A DNA stretch of 64,000 nt from an uncultured delta proteobacterium. GTDB lineage: Bacteria > Myxococcota_A > Polyangia > Polyangiales > Polyangiaceae. The stretch spans positions 160,001-224,000 of the forward strand of contig CAVQUB010000005.1 in the NCBI GenBank assembly GCA_963716725.1, read 5' to 3'. Both the position numbers and the translations under genes were made by a program. Below the pieces are notes generated by a model. The model searched no databases. It saw only the letters and a program-made list of their open reading frames with translations, and was not told where the DNA came from. Of the stretch, positions 1 to 9,853 are shown in pieces (positions within the stretch are counted from its first letter, which is position 1; each line of letters starts with the position of its first letter).

Positions 1-119
1 ATGGCGCGGGACATTGGTGGCGCGAGTGGTCGCTCGCAGAGCACGCCCACGGCCCGACTGAGCCGGGTGCGCGGCAGCACTTTCAGGAGCTGCGCGGCGG
101 CGAAGGTGGCAGCACTCAC
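1..119 (-). CDS. psd: Phosphatidylserine decarboxylase, 5' part (runs off window)
   Basis: Own translation from GTG at 119: MSAATFAAAQLLKVLPRTRLSRAVGVLCERPLAPPMSRA, resembling the LPxxxLSRxVG N-terminus of bacterial Psd. Not in the ORF track. Confidence 0.6.
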   Translation of the reverse strand, partial: MSAATFAAAQLLKVLPRTRLSRAVGVLCERPLAPPMSRA

Positions 120-222
120 GGGGGGTCCTCGAGCAGACAGCGCGAACTCCCCCGGGTCAGCGGAAGAGCCATCTGATTTCGCACAGATGCGCGTGTGATG
201 CTAGGCGGCCCGGCTCCGACGG

Positions 223-1752
223 TCAATCTCGCGGCAGGAGCCGGCTCGACTCGCACAGCGCCCGACGCGAGGAGTCGACCGGAAGGGCCGGAATCGGCTC
301 GCCGGGGCGCCGCGGCCTCCACCGGCCCTCACACGCCACCTCCTCGCTGAGCGGGTCGACGGCGATCCCCAGGCCGAAGGCGGCATCGGCGCCACGGGCG
401 TCGCCGGACTCTGCGCGGAAACGCCCGGCGAGCGCTTGCCAGCCGCCGTGGATGGAGCGGAAGTCCCCTTGGCTGCCGAGCGCGGTCCGCGCCTCGGCGT
501 CGCGGCCGGCTCCCGTCAGCGCCCGAGCCCATCGAAACCTCACGGAGGGCTCGGAGTCGAGGGTCCCGGCCGCCACCTCGAGCTGTTTCGCCGCGGCGGA
601 GGCATGCCCGCGCGAGAACAGCAGATCTCCGAGTCGGACCCGGCGCGCCGGATCTTCTCGTGTGGGTGGGGTCGGTGCGGCGGGCGGAACCGCTTCGGGC
701 TGCTGGGCGACGAGCGCGAGCTGCCACTTCAGCAGCCATGCGTTCAGGTCGTACCCGGTCACGCTCCGGAGAACTACGCTGGCGTCTTCACCGCCGCTGC
801 CCTTCAGATCTCTCAGCAATAGGTGGAGCGCGGGGACCCCGCTCTCGCTCACCCAGTAGGCGACGAAGCTGGTCACTTCCGAGAACGCCGTCGCGGCGGC
901 CTCGGGGGTCGGCAGCATGGCGATCGACGGACCCAGTTTGTCCACGCCCACCGAGCGCCCGGAGAGGATGGCGGCGCGGGCGACGGAGTCGGCCGGCGGC
1001 GTGGAGTCGAGCGGCCGCGGCGACCGCCAGCGCGTCTCCTCTCGCTTCGCGATCCCTTCTTGGAGCCAGAGCGGAGCGCGATCGCGCGTCGCGCGGCTCA
1101 GGGCCAGGTGGGCGATCTCGTGCGCGAGGGTGTCTTCCCAGGGATAACCCAGATGAGTCGTGCGGGGAGAGATCATGGTGACGCGCCCCCAGCGAGCGAC
1201 CGCGACGGTCCCCGTGGTCTCGGCCGCGGTCACGGGAAGGCCCGAGATGGCCGAGAGCGTGAAGAGATCGCGAACGAGATCGATCCGGAGCGGGCGCGGC
1301 AGCTCGGTGCCGAGATCGATCTCGATCTGCTTTCGCGCGCGCACGGCGACGTCCACGATGAAGGGCACGAGGGCGCGGTCCGCCTCGTCTTGGAGGCGAA
1401 TCCAGACGCCCGCGTCTCGATCGTCGTGCACCACCGCGCCAGCAGTCGCGCGGGCGCAGCTCTTCGACAGCTCGAAGAGCCCGCCGCCTTCGGGGGTCGT
1501 GCTGAGCTCGGCCGAAGCCAAGACGGCCGCCGCGGTGTCGCAATCGCCCAGGTAGATGGCCAGCCGCGCGCGCTCGAAGGCAAAGGTGGGCGATGTGGAA
1601 TCGGTCTTTTCCAGCAACTCTCGTCCGCGTTCCACATCGAGTTCCGTGATCGCATCCGCGATGGCCTGAGCCCGGCTCGGCGCTTCGGCGAGGGAAGACC
1701 CGGAACCCAGCAGGCCCGCAGCGACCATCAAGCTCGCGAGCTTCCGTCTCAT
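223..1752 (-). CDS. Exported peptidase MA-like (HExxH) protein with TPR-like helices
   Basis: Signal peptide; TLAHEIAH followed by PLWLQEGIA (gluzincin-like); TPR-like C-terminus; 4-nt overlap with the upstream gene. Confidence 0.7.
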   Translation of the reverse strand: MRRKLASLMVAAGLLGSGSSLAEAPSRAQAIADAITELDVERGRELLEKTDSTSPTFAFERARLAIYLGDCDTAAAVLASAELSTTPEGGGLFELSKSCARATAGAVVHDDRDAGVWIRLQDEADRALVPFIVDVAVRARKQIEIDLGTELPRPLRIDLVRDLFTLSAISGLPVTAAETTGTVAVARWGRVTMISPRTTHLGYPWEDTLAHEIAHLALSRATRDRAPLWLQEGIAKREETRWRSPRPLDSTPPADSVARAAILSGRSVGVDKLGPSIAMLPTPEAAATAFSEVTSFVAYWVSESGVPALHLLLRDLKGSGGEDASVVLRSVTGYDLNAWLLKWQLALVAQQPEAVPPAAPTPPTREDPARRVRLGDLLFSRGHASAAAKQLEVAAGTLDSEPSVRFRWARALTGAGRDAEARTALGSQGDFRSIHGGWQALAGRFRAESGDARGADAAFGLGIAVDPLSEEVACEGRWRPRRPGEPIPALPVDSSRRALCESSRLLPRD

Positions 1753-4586
1753 CGCAGGAGCCCCTCTGCGTAGCGCTTCACCGCCGGGGCCAGGCGGTTG
1801 TTCTTGCTCTTGCCGAGACCGTCGATCACGCGTCGACGGAACTCTTCTGCGCTCTTCTTGTCCTGATCGCGCGGAACCTGGCCGCCGGTGCGCATCGCTT
1901 TGCCGCGCTCGCCCTGCGACTCGTTCGGGCGCGGCTCCTTCGCGGGTTGGTCTTCGTCGTCACCGGTTTGGCCGGTGCTCGCTTGCTCGAGCAGGCGCTG
2001 CGCTTGTCGCTGGAGCTCGAGCCCGCGGTCGCCCTTGCCATCCGTGAGCTCGCGCGACGCTTCCCGCATCAGACCCTCGGCGCGCTCGAGGTTCTCGAGC
2101 GCATCTTCGGGCAGCGCGGTGTCGGTGTTTTTCCCGCGGGACGCGAGATTGCCGGCGCGACGCGACAGCTCGTGTTCGCGTTCTCCAGCGCTGTTGGTCG
2201 CCGATCGGGACTTCGCTTGCGCGTTCTTCTTGAGCTCGTTCAGCTGCTTTTCGGCCCAACCGAGCTGAACCGCGAGCTCGCGTTTGGCGCGCTGGATCTC
2301 TTCGGGAGGCAATGCGTCGCTGGCGCCAGCGCGCTTCTCGGCGTCGGCGAGGGCCGCCAGCGAGCTCTTACCGCTCTGAACCGCGTCGCCCAGTCCGAGC
2401 CGTTCCAGAGACTCGGCCATCGCCGTCCCGTGTTCCCTGCTCAGTGCCGCGGCGGAGCGCGCCGAGCCGGGGGTGTGACTGAACTGAGGCAGGTCGGCCA
2501 GGGCTCGCCGAATCGCGTCCGCGCGCTGCTTGGCCTCTTCGCGCAGGCCTTCGAGATCGACCCCAGCTTCGGCCTCCGCCAGCGCTTGCTCGACCTTGCC
2601 GATTTCGTCCGCGTGATCGGCGGCGAGCTTCTCCAGCTCCGCGGCCAGCTCGTCGAATCGATCGCTCGTATCCGAGGGCTCGTCGCCCGCCCCTCCGCCC
2701 TGGCTCGGTGCGCCGGACTCGACGCCGCCGCGCTGAGCGCTGCCGAAGGATGGATTCGGGCGACGGAGTCGCGCGGCCAGATGACGCGCGGCCAGCTCGG
2801 CGTGTGTGAGATCGTCGGCCTTGCGCGAGCGCTCGACGCGCCCCAAGTCCGCGTGCGCGATGCTCCCGAGGTCCTTGCCCAACATTCCGAGCACCAGGAG
2901 CCGACCGGCGCCATCGCGTGACGCCGACAGCGCGGCGTCGAGTCGCGCGAGCCCCGCCGCGCTCTGCTCTGTCTCGCGGGCTTGTCGGGCGCCATCTGCA
3001 ATCTCTTCGACGACGTCAGCCAGCCGTTTGGCGACGCTCTGCGCGTCCTTGGTCGAGAGCATTCGCAGCACCGCGTCCAGCGCCAGAACGACGTCTTCGG
3101 TGCGGCGGATCCTCGACTCGCCGGGTCGGAGTGAACGCTCCAGCACCCGCATTTGTCCCAAGATGAACGCGCGCAGTCCCGCGGGCACTCCCAGGCCGCC
3201 GTAGGTCTTGTCCGCGGCCTTGCGCACGGTGTCGGCCGCGCGACGCGCGTGATCGGACTCCTCCCGCGCCGGACGCTCGGCGTCCTTCTTGCTGCTCCGC
3301 TCGGACTGCCAGGCCAAGAAATCGAGCACGGCTCCCTGCCCGTCGGCCAGCGCGGCGTAGCGCGACGCTTCCGGCTCGCCTACTACCGGTGGAATCAGCG
3401 TGATGGCGGCGCTCCGCCCCCACTTCGGTCCTGCGACGGGATCGTTGTCTCGGGCCTCAATCGTGACGTGCACGGGCAAGTACATGCGGCGCAGGAATGG
3501 ATCGCGCGGTGACAGGACGTGGTTGCCACGTTCGAAGGTGGTCGCGCCGTCCAGACGCGCGAGCACCCGGCGGTCTTCGCGATCGCCGGCGCGCATCACC
3601 ACGTCCAGTTGTTTGAGGCCGTGGTCGTCACTTGCTTCGTAGGACAGCTCCAGGGCTTCTAGTGTCTTGAGCTCCACGGTCTTCGGCGCATCCGCCAGAG
3701 TGACCTCCGGAGCGTCATCGGGGAGGGCCTTCACCGGGATCGATTCGAGCTCGTGGATCAGGACCTTTCCGAAGCGAGCCGCCACGCTGAGCTCACCGCT
3801 AGCGGTCACCGTCCAGCGTGCAACGACGCCGCCGGCGCCGTCGGCGACGAAGGGCACCTCGAGCTGGCCATCCGTGAGCACCAGGCGGCGGCCGTCGCGC
3901 CGCGGGATGCCCCGCACCGACAACAGTGTGCCCTCCGGGTGTCGTGACTCGAGCCCCGGCAGCACCGAGCGCCCGGGCAGCTTGAGGTAGGCCGGCGGCT
4001 CGGCCGTGACCTTCATGAAATCGATCCACGCGAGGGGCAGCGGAGCTCGGCCCTTGCGCGCGAAGAGCACGTCGAGTCCTTCGACCACGCGCATTGGACC
4101 CAGGGCAAACGCCGCCACGACCAGGGAGAGGCCGAGCAGCACGCCTCCGCGCCAGAGCCGCGCGCGGCGGCCCGCGCTGCGTTCGACCTCGGGCAACGAA
4201 GCGCGGGCGATCAGCCGCTCGAAGTGGAGCCGCGCGAGCTGGGGCGACCCCGCAGTGGAGTCGCGCTGCGTACGTTCCATCAGCGTCACCGCGCGCAGCG
4301 CGCGCTGTCCGAGCTCGCGGTCGGTGGGGACCAGCACCGCGGAGATCGTGCGCCGGAGATCGAGGTAGGTCCGCCGTTCGCGCCAAGCCCGAGCGATCAT
4401 TGCGACCACCACTGCGCCGATGAGCGTGGCGGTCAGCCCGCGCGTGAGCGGAGTCCCGTTGCGCGCGAGGTGGGCACCGCCGACGATGGCCAGGACCAGC
4501 GCGGTGAGCAGCGCCTGCCGTGCCGCCGTGCCAACGCGGGCCCGCCAGGCCAAAGCCAGGCGGTTGATCAGCTCGGTGACGGCCAC
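1749..4586 (-). CDS. DUF4175-like membrane-anchored coiled-coil protein
   Basis: N-terminal TM helices, PPAY and ASDDHGL motifs, long helical region, C-terminal EFRRRVIDGL...VKRYAEGLLR. Confidence 0.65.
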   Translation of the reverse strand: MAVTELINRLALAWRARVGTAARQALLTALVLAIVGGAHLARNGTPLTRGLTATLIGAVVVAMIARAWRERRTYLDLRRTISAVLVPTDRELGQRALRAVTLMERTQRDSTAGSPQLARLHFERLIARASLPEVERSAGRRARLWRGGVLLGLSLVVAAFALGPMRVVEGLDVLFARKGRAPLPLAWIDFMKVTAEPPAYLKLPGRSVLPGLESRHPEGTLLSVRGIPRRDGRRLVLTDGQLEVPFVADGAGGVVARWTVTASGELSVAARFGKVLIHELESIPVKALPDDAPEVTLADAPKTVELKTLEALELSYEASDDHGLKQLDVVMRAGDREDRRVLARLDGATTFERGNHVLSPRDPFLRRMYLPVHVTIEARDNDPVAGPKWGRSAAITLIPPVVGEPEASRYAALADGQGAVLDFLAWQSERSSKKDAERPAREESDHARRAADTVRKAADKTYGGLGVPAGLRAFILGQMRVLERSLRPGESRIRRTEDVVLALDAVLRMLSTKDAQSVAKRLADVVEEIADGARQARETEQSAAGLARLDAALSASRDGAGRLLVLGMLGKDLGSIAHADLGRVERSRKADDLTHAELAARHLAARLRRPNPSFGSAQRGGVESGAPSQGGGAGDEPSDTSDRFDELAAELEKLAADHADEIGKVEQALAEAEAGVDLEGLREEAKQRADAIRRALADLPQFSHTPGSARSAAALSREHGTAMAESLERLGLGDAVQSGKSSLAALADAEKRAGASDALPPEEIQRAKRELAVQLGWAEKQLNELKKNAQAKSRSATNSAGEREHELSRRAGNLASRGKNTDTALPEDALENLERAEGLMREASRELTDGKGDRGLELQRQAQRLLEQASTGQTGDDEDQPAKEPRPNESQGERGKAMRTGGQVPRDQDKKSAEEFRRRVIDGLGKSKNNRLAPAVKRYAEGLLR

Positions 4587-4614
4587 GGTGGCAGCTTAGC
4601 GCTAGCGCCCGGCG

Positions 4615-5406
4615 GTGGTACTCTTTGCGGACGTGCGGGACGTCCGACGCCTGAAGCGCCTATTGCTCTCCTTCGCGGACACCGGTGTCCGCGTGGGATG
4701 GCTGGCGGAGCAGCTCGAGCTGTGGCCCGTTGCGAGCGCGGCCCGCCTGCTCGACGAGCTGTGCGACGAGAGCGAGCGCTCGGACCCCGAGGCGCGGGAG
4801 GCGCTCTTGGCCCTGTCTTTGTACCTGGTCAGCCGAGGGCCGAGCGCGTGCGTGGATCGCCTGCGAGAAGAAGCCGAGACCCGCCACTTGCTCGGGCTCG
4901 CGCGACTGCTGCGGCGCGGGCCGCCGCCGGTGATGGTGGATCGTCCGGCGACCGAGCTGCCCGTCCCCGACTATGGCGCGGGGCGCGAGCTCACGCTCGG
5001 CGAACGTCGATCGCTCGCGCGGCGCCCGAGCCGACGGTCCTTCGAGAAGCTCCTGGCGGATCCCCACCCCTTGGTCATCCGGCTCTTGCTCCAGAACCCG
5101 AAGCTCACCGAGGACGACGTGGTGCGCCTGGTCGCGCGGCGCCCGGCGCGCCAGGCGGTCATGGCAGAGGTCGCGCAGTCGTTGCGCTGGCTCTGCCACG
5201 GTCGGGTCCGCCTCACGCTCGTGCTCAACCCGGGGTCGCCTCCCGAGATCGCCATGCCGCTCCTGCCCATCTGCAAGCGAACCGAGCTCAAAGAGGTGGT
5301 GCGCGCCACCGAGACCTCGATCGTGCTGCGCGCCACCGCCCTCGAGTTGCTGGAGCGCCGGCCCCCCATCAGAGTCGTCGACTTGGCCGACGTGGTGCTG
5401 CAGTAG
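4615..5406 (+). CDS. Hypothetical helical-repeat protein
   Basis: Coding-like ORF with LLADPHPLVIRLLLQNP / LVLNP motifs. Start uncertain. Confidence 0.6.
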   Translation: MVLFADVRDVRRLKRLLLSFADTGVRVGWLAEQLELWPVASAARLLDELCDESERSDPEAREALLALSLYLVSRGPSACVDRLREEAETRHLLGLARLLRRGPPPVMVDRPATELPVPDYGAGRELTLGERRSLARRPSRRSFEKLLADPHPLVIRLLLQNPKLTEDDVVRLVARRPARQAVMAEVAQSLRWLCHGRVRLTLVLNPGSPPEIAMPLLPICKRTELKEVVRATETSIVLRATALELLERRPPIRVVDLADVVLQ

Positions 5407-5450
5407 GTCTCAGAGGTGTCCGGAACAGGAGATGCTGAGATCCAGCTGTA

Positions 5451-5510
5451 CCCCGGGATAAATCCCGGGGCACGAGGGTTGTCCCCCAAGCCCGCCCTTC
5501 GGGCGGGCTG
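5451..5510. repeat. REP-like double-hairpin element, left copy
   Basis: CCCCGGGATAAATCCCGGGG and CCCGCCCTTCGGGCGGG hairpins; reverse complement of 6181-6240 except for the spacer and one loop base. Confidence 0.85.
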
Positions 5511-5516
5511 CTGGCG

Positions 5517-5960
5517 TCACAGGAGGTTGGCTTCCCAGGATTCGGCAGGCGCGTTCGCGGCGTGATGTTCGCGCTGTCGGCGGACATAGGCGGCGAGCGT
5601 GTCGAGGGCGCTCGGAGTCACAGACTCGGCCCAGTAGCCGACCTGCCAGACGAGTCCCTGGGTCTCGGGGAGAGTGGAGTGAAACGCGCGACTCGAGGCC
5701 CCTTTGAGCCGATGCGCGATCTGCGCGACGGGGACGCGCGGCGGGTGGCGGAGGAGGACGTGGGCATGGTCGTTGGCGTTTCCGACGGCCAATAGCTGGC
5801 AGTCGAGCGTACGCGCCTTGCGGTCGAGCAGAGCAGCGAGCCAACTGTCGAAGCGCGGATGGATCCAGGGCACGCGGTTGCGCGTGGACCAGGTCATGTG
5901 GACGACGAGGACGGTCGCGGCGTGCGCGTGCCAGGGAAGGAGTGGAAACGGAGGGTCCAT
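5517..5960 (-). mobile_element. tnpA: Y1 HUH transposase (IS200/IS605 TnpA or REP-associated RAYT-like)
   Basis: HMTWSTRNR, NDHAHVL (HUH), LKGASSR, WQVGYWAESV and YVRRQREHH (catalytic Tyr). Confidence 0.85.
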
Positions 5961-6180
5961 GGCTACCCGTTCGGCCGGTTTCGGCGGAAGTTGCGCGCGC
6001 AATGGAAATAGTCTGCCTCGCCTTGATGTTGAGACGCCTCGACCGCGTCGCGCAGGATGGCACGCGCGTGCGCGCGTCGGCTTCGGCGCCCTCGTTTCGG
6101 CGCGAGGCATCGCTCCTCGAGTACCGCGCGCAGCCCGTCGGCTGACCCGTCCGCGGCGCGACCACCCTTGCCCCCGCGAT

Positions 6181-6240
6181 CAGCCCGCCCGAAGGGCGGG
6201 CTTACCTAGCAAACCTCGTGCCCCGGGATTCATCCCGGGG
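6181..6240. repeat. REP-like double-hairpin element, right copy (inverted)
   Basis: CAGCCCGCCCGAAGGGCGGGCTT...CCTCGTGCCCCGGGATTCATCCCGGGG. Confidence 0.85.
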
Positions 6241-6296
6241 GCTTCCGGGGCTCCCAGATGATTCGCATCACCGATCGCGCATTGCCGGACACATCT

Positions 6297-6527
6297 TCAG
6301 CCCTCTTCTTCTTCGCCCACGTCCCAGCGCGTCAGCGCGCCGACGGTGATCTCCGAGGCGCAAGCTTCACACAGCGGCGGCTCTTCGTAGCGGACCTCGT
6401 CGCCGCGGGTCCACAGAAACAACCCAGCACCGCCGGGCGAACCTTCGAAGGACTCGCCGCAGGCGTCGCAAACGAAGCGCCTTTCCGGCGCGGCTTCGGC
6501 GACCGGCTCGAATCGCGAGGCGGACAT
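6297..6527 (-). CDS. Small protein with two CxxC motifs (putative zinc binder)
   Basis: MSASRFE...CDACG...LCEAC, acidic tail; directly downstream of the Fe-S gene. Confidence 0.6.
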   Translation of the reverse strand: MSASRFEPVAEAAPERRFVCDACGESFEGSPGGAGLFLWTRGDEVRYEEPPLCEACASEITVGALTRWDVGEEEEG

Positions 6528-6561
6528 CGTGTCGAAGGATAGCACCTTGGCAGCAGACCGC

Positions 6562-8868
6562 TCACGCGTCGCTGGCCGCGGCCTCTGCCTCGGGCTTTTC
6601 CTTGGGTCCGGCCTCGGCGCCGCAGGCCGTCGCCAAGAGCTCGACGATGTCCAGGTTCTGGATCTCGGCCTCTTTCTCCTCATTCTTGAGGCCGTCCGTC
6701 AGCATGGTCATGCAGAAGGGGCAGGCGGTGGCGATGGTCGTCGCGCCGGTCTCGAGCAGCTGCAAGGTGCGCTTCACGTTCACGCGGTCCTTGTTCTGCT
6801 CCTCCATCCACATCTGCGCGCCGCCGGCGCCGCAGCACATGCCCTTGTTGCGGGTCCAGTACTCGGGCTCCACCAGCTCGACGCCGGGGATGCGGCGCAG
6901 GATCTCTCGGGGCGATTCGTAGATCTCGTTGTAGCGACCGAGGTAACACGAGTCGTGATACACGACCCGCCCCTTGACGGCTTGGGTGGGCTTCAGCTTG
7001 CCCAGCGCGACCAGCTCGAGCAGGTAGTCGGCGTGGTGAACGACCTCCCACTTTGCGCCAAAGTCGGGGTACTCGTTGGCGAGCGTGTTGAAGCAGTGCG
7101 GACAGGTGGTGATGATCTTCTTGACGCCGCCCTGCTCGCGGTAGCCGTTGATGGTCGCGACGTTTGTCTCCGTCAACATCAGGAACAGCAGCTCGTTGCC
7201 GGCTCGGCGCGCGGAGTCGCCCGTGCACGACTCCTCTTGGCCCAAGATCGCGAAATCGATGCCGGCCTGCTTCAGCAATGCGACCGTGGCGCGCGCGATC
7301 TTCTTGGCGCGATCGTCGTAGCTGGCGGCGCAGCCGACCCAGAACAGCACGTCGGCCTTGGGCTTTGCCGCCATCGTCGGCACGTCGAGCCCTTCGGACC
7401 AGGTGGCTCGATCGACCCGCGACAGATTCCACGGGTTGCCGTTGGTCTCCATGCCCTGGAAGGGCTTGTTGAGCTCCTGCGGGAAGCTCTCGCCGCGGAT
7501 CATCACCAGGTTGCGGCGCATCTGCACGATCTTGTCGACGTAGGTGATCATCACCGGACACTGCTCTTCGCAGGCGCGGCAGGTCGTGCAGGCCCAGAGC
7601 ACGTCTTCGTGCACGACGTTCGGGATCAGATCGACGGGTTTGTAGTCGGGCTTCTTCTCCGCTTCGCTGGCGTCGGCGGGCGCGGGTTTCTCCTCGGCCT
7701 CGGGCCTCTCTTCTGCTTCCGGCTCGGTGGCGGGCGCCGGCGCGATATCGAGGTTCACCCGGGGCACTTCGCCCAGCTCCAGGAACTCTTCTTGCCTCGA
7801 ATACAGGTGATTGCGCAGGTCGAGCGTCAGGAACTTCGGGCTCAGGATCTTGCCCGTGGTGGCGGCCGGGCAGTTGTCCGAGCAGCGCCCGCACTCGGTG
7901 CAGGTGTAGAAATCGAGTACGTCTTTCCAGCTGAAATGCTCGATGCGGGCACTGCCGATGGGCGCGGCGAGCATGTCATCTCGCTCCATCGCCTTTTCCA
8001 CCTTGGCCATCAGCTCTTCGGCGTCTTTGGCGATGCGAGGCAGGCGGCCGGGTGGCGTGATGTCGCTGAGCGCGACGTTGGGCACCGCCGTGATGATGTG
8101 GAAGTGCTTGGAGTAGGGCAGGATGTTGAGGAAGATCAGTACTAGCGACGAGTGGATCCAGAAGCCCGCATGGGCGATGACCACCAGGCCCGACACGCTC
8201 ACGCTCGAGAGGGCCAGGGCCCAGGCGCTACCGGCGGGCTCGGGGTAGGGATGGAAGGCGAGGGGGCCGGCCGCGGGCGCGAAGGGTTTGATGATCGTCG
8301 CTGCGGCGCCGCACCAGTCGCTGCTGCGCGTGCCGCACTCGGCCGCCAGCTTGTGGTTCAGAACGATGGCCGCGCCGTCGTAGATCTGGTCGGCGATCAT
8401 CATCGTCACGATGATGCAGAGGATCACCAAGCCCTCGACCGAGAGGGTCATGCGCTTCTGTTTGTTGAGCGTGCGGTAGTAGATGAACACCATCGCGCCG
8501 AGCACCACCAGCGTGGACACGACGTCCTTGAGGAAGCCGTAGATCTGCCCCGCCGTGTCCGTGGGCCCGAACACCCAGAAGTTGAAGCTCGGATCGAAGC
8601 CGCGCCCCCAGAGGATCAGGGTGCGCAGCAAGAGCACGCTGAAACCCACGAAAATCAGGTTGTGCGCGACGCCCGCCGTCAGGTAGTAGCGCATCTTCTT
8701 TTGGAAGAGCGCGAAGGTCCAAACGCGACCGAGGCGTTTGCCCAGGCTGCCAAAGCGGCTCTCCTGGGTAGGCCCGCCGACCTTCAGCAGTCCCCAACGC
8801 TGGCTCGCACTCCACAGGAATGCGCCGGTGAGACTCAGGATGACGACGGCCATCGCTACGGGATTCAT
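6562..8868 (-). CDS. Membrane-bound Fe-S oxidoreductase (FadF/HdrD-like, CCG domains)
   Basis: TM region with SKHFH; CTECGRCSDNCP and CTTCRACEEQCP ferredoxin motifs; TCPHC, YHDSCYLGR, CCGAGG, ACPFC. Confidence 0.92.
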   Translation of the reverse strand: MNPVAMAVVILSLTGAFLWSASQRWGLLKVGGPTQESRFGSLGKRLGRVWTFALFQKKMRYYLTAGVAHNLIFVGFSVLLLRTLILWGRGFDPSFNFWVFGPTDTAGQIYGFLKDVVSTLVVLGAMVFIYYRTLNKQKRMTLSVEGLVILCIIVTMMIADQIYDGAAIVLNHKLAAECGTRSSDWCGAAATIIKPFAPAAGPLAFHPYPEPAGSAWALALSSVSVSGLVVIAHAGFWIHSSLVLIFLNILPYSKHFHIITAVPNVALSDITPPGRLPRIAKDAEELMAKVEKAMERDDMLAAPIGSARIEHFSWKDVLDFYTCTECGRCSDNCPAATTGKILSPKFLTLDLRNHLYSRQEEFLELGEVPRVNLDIAPAPATEPEAEERPEAEEKPAPADASEAEKKPDYKPVDLIPNVVHEDVLWACTTCRACEEQCPVMITYVDKIVQMRRNLVMIRGESFPQELNKPFQGMETNGNPWNLSRVDRATWSEGLDVPTMAAKPKADVLFWVGCAASYDDRAKKIARATVALLKQAGIDFAILGQEESCTGDSARRAGNELLFLMLTETNVATINGYREQGGVKKIITTCPHCFNTLANEYPDFGAKWEVVHHADYLLELVALGKLKPTQAVKGRVVYHDSCYLGRYNEIYESPREILRRIPGVELVEPEYWTRNKGMCCGAGGAQMWMEEQNKDRVNVKRTLQLLETGATTIATACPFCMTMLTDGLKNEEKEAEIQNLDIVELLATACGAEAGPKEKPEAEAAASDA

Positions 8869-9013
8869 GGTCGGTGCTCCACCCCTTCGGGTATGCCCCT
8901 CCGGGCCCGCCCCTTCGGGTGTTCCGAAGCGGCTCCGACGGGGGCGGGTCTCACCGAGGTCTTAAGGCGCCATGCCGCTTCGCGTCAACCTGGACGGAGT
9001 GGCTGCGACGAAA

Positions 9014-9661
9014 TCAGGCGCGACCGCTGAGCCGAAGCCAGGCCAAGAGCGCGAGCCAGACGAAGACGAGCAGCGCGACCCACAGCACCGTGCGGCGTGG
9101 AGTCGCCGGCGCGGCCGGGCCCACCAGGACCGCAAGGGGTTCGCCCTGGTCGGCCGCCAACGCCTCACGTTCGGTGAGCACCGGCGGCGTTGCGGGCTGC
9201 TCGATGCGCCGGATCCCGGGATCCGAAGCTTCCGAGGGAACGACCGCCAACAACAACAGGCCCCGTGGCAACTGCGGGCTGTCCGGCAGGCCACCTCGCT
9301 CGGGGATGCGGATCACGAGGGTCCGCCCCGATGCGGTGGATTCCAGGTCGCTCTCGTCGCGCCTCGGCAGCGTGACCTGCAAGACCTCGCTCAGCTCTTT
9401 CTTTCCGCGCACGCTGATGGCGCCCGAGCGATCGCAGGTGTCGCAGCCGCCGCCGTCGCAGGCCGCGCACTTCAGGTTGCGCGGCAGCTCGATCTCGATC
9501 AGCGCGCCCTCCTCGAGCCAATCCGCCGCCACGTGGATGCGGTGAATGACGTCGGCGCCTCGCGGCACGTCGATCGCGCCGGTGACCTTTCCGAGTCGAT
9601 GTCTCGACACTTGAGGAGAAGCGTACCCCCCGCGGCGGCTCGTGGATAAGATTTTCCACAA
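9014..9661 (-). CDS. Protein with DnaJ-like Zn-finger/C-terminal segment and C-terminal TM anchor
   Basis: CAACDGGGCDTCDRSG, LQVTLP, IRIPERGG...GLLLL; hydrophobic C-tail. Start uncertain. Confidence 0.6.
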   Translation of the reverse strand: MWKILSTSRRGGYASPQVSRHRLGKVTGAIDVPRGADVIHRIHVAADWLEEGALIEIELPRNLKCAACDGGGCDTCDRSGAISVRGKKELSEVLQVTLPRRDESDLESTASGRTLVIRIPERGGLPDSPQLPRGLLLLAVVPSEASDPGIRRIEQPATPPVLTEREALAADQGEPLAVLVGPAAPATPRRTVLWVALLVFVWLALLAWLRLSGRA

Positions 9662-9853
9662 GTCGCGGCTCTGGGCTGCCGAATCGGGCGTCCGTGGGAC
9701 TACGTCGCGAGAGTCCGCACGGATCTTTCAGCTTCCTACGCCGGCATCTGCTGCTCGGCGAGCGACAACATCGTCACGATCTGCGGCAGGCCCCCCACCT
9801 ACGCGGGCACTACCTTGCAGGCCACCGGTGAGTCCAAGAGGGTGCGCCGACTA

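Noticed and set aside
6529..8145. Long + strand ORF (likewise 11157-13121 and 50863-53568)
   Set aside because: Antisense shadows of well-supported genes, expected in high-GC DNA.
9662..9853. Possible riboswitch or ncRNA in an intergenic gap
   Set aside because: No recognisable conserved motif; I also saw no tRNA or rRNA anywhere in the window.
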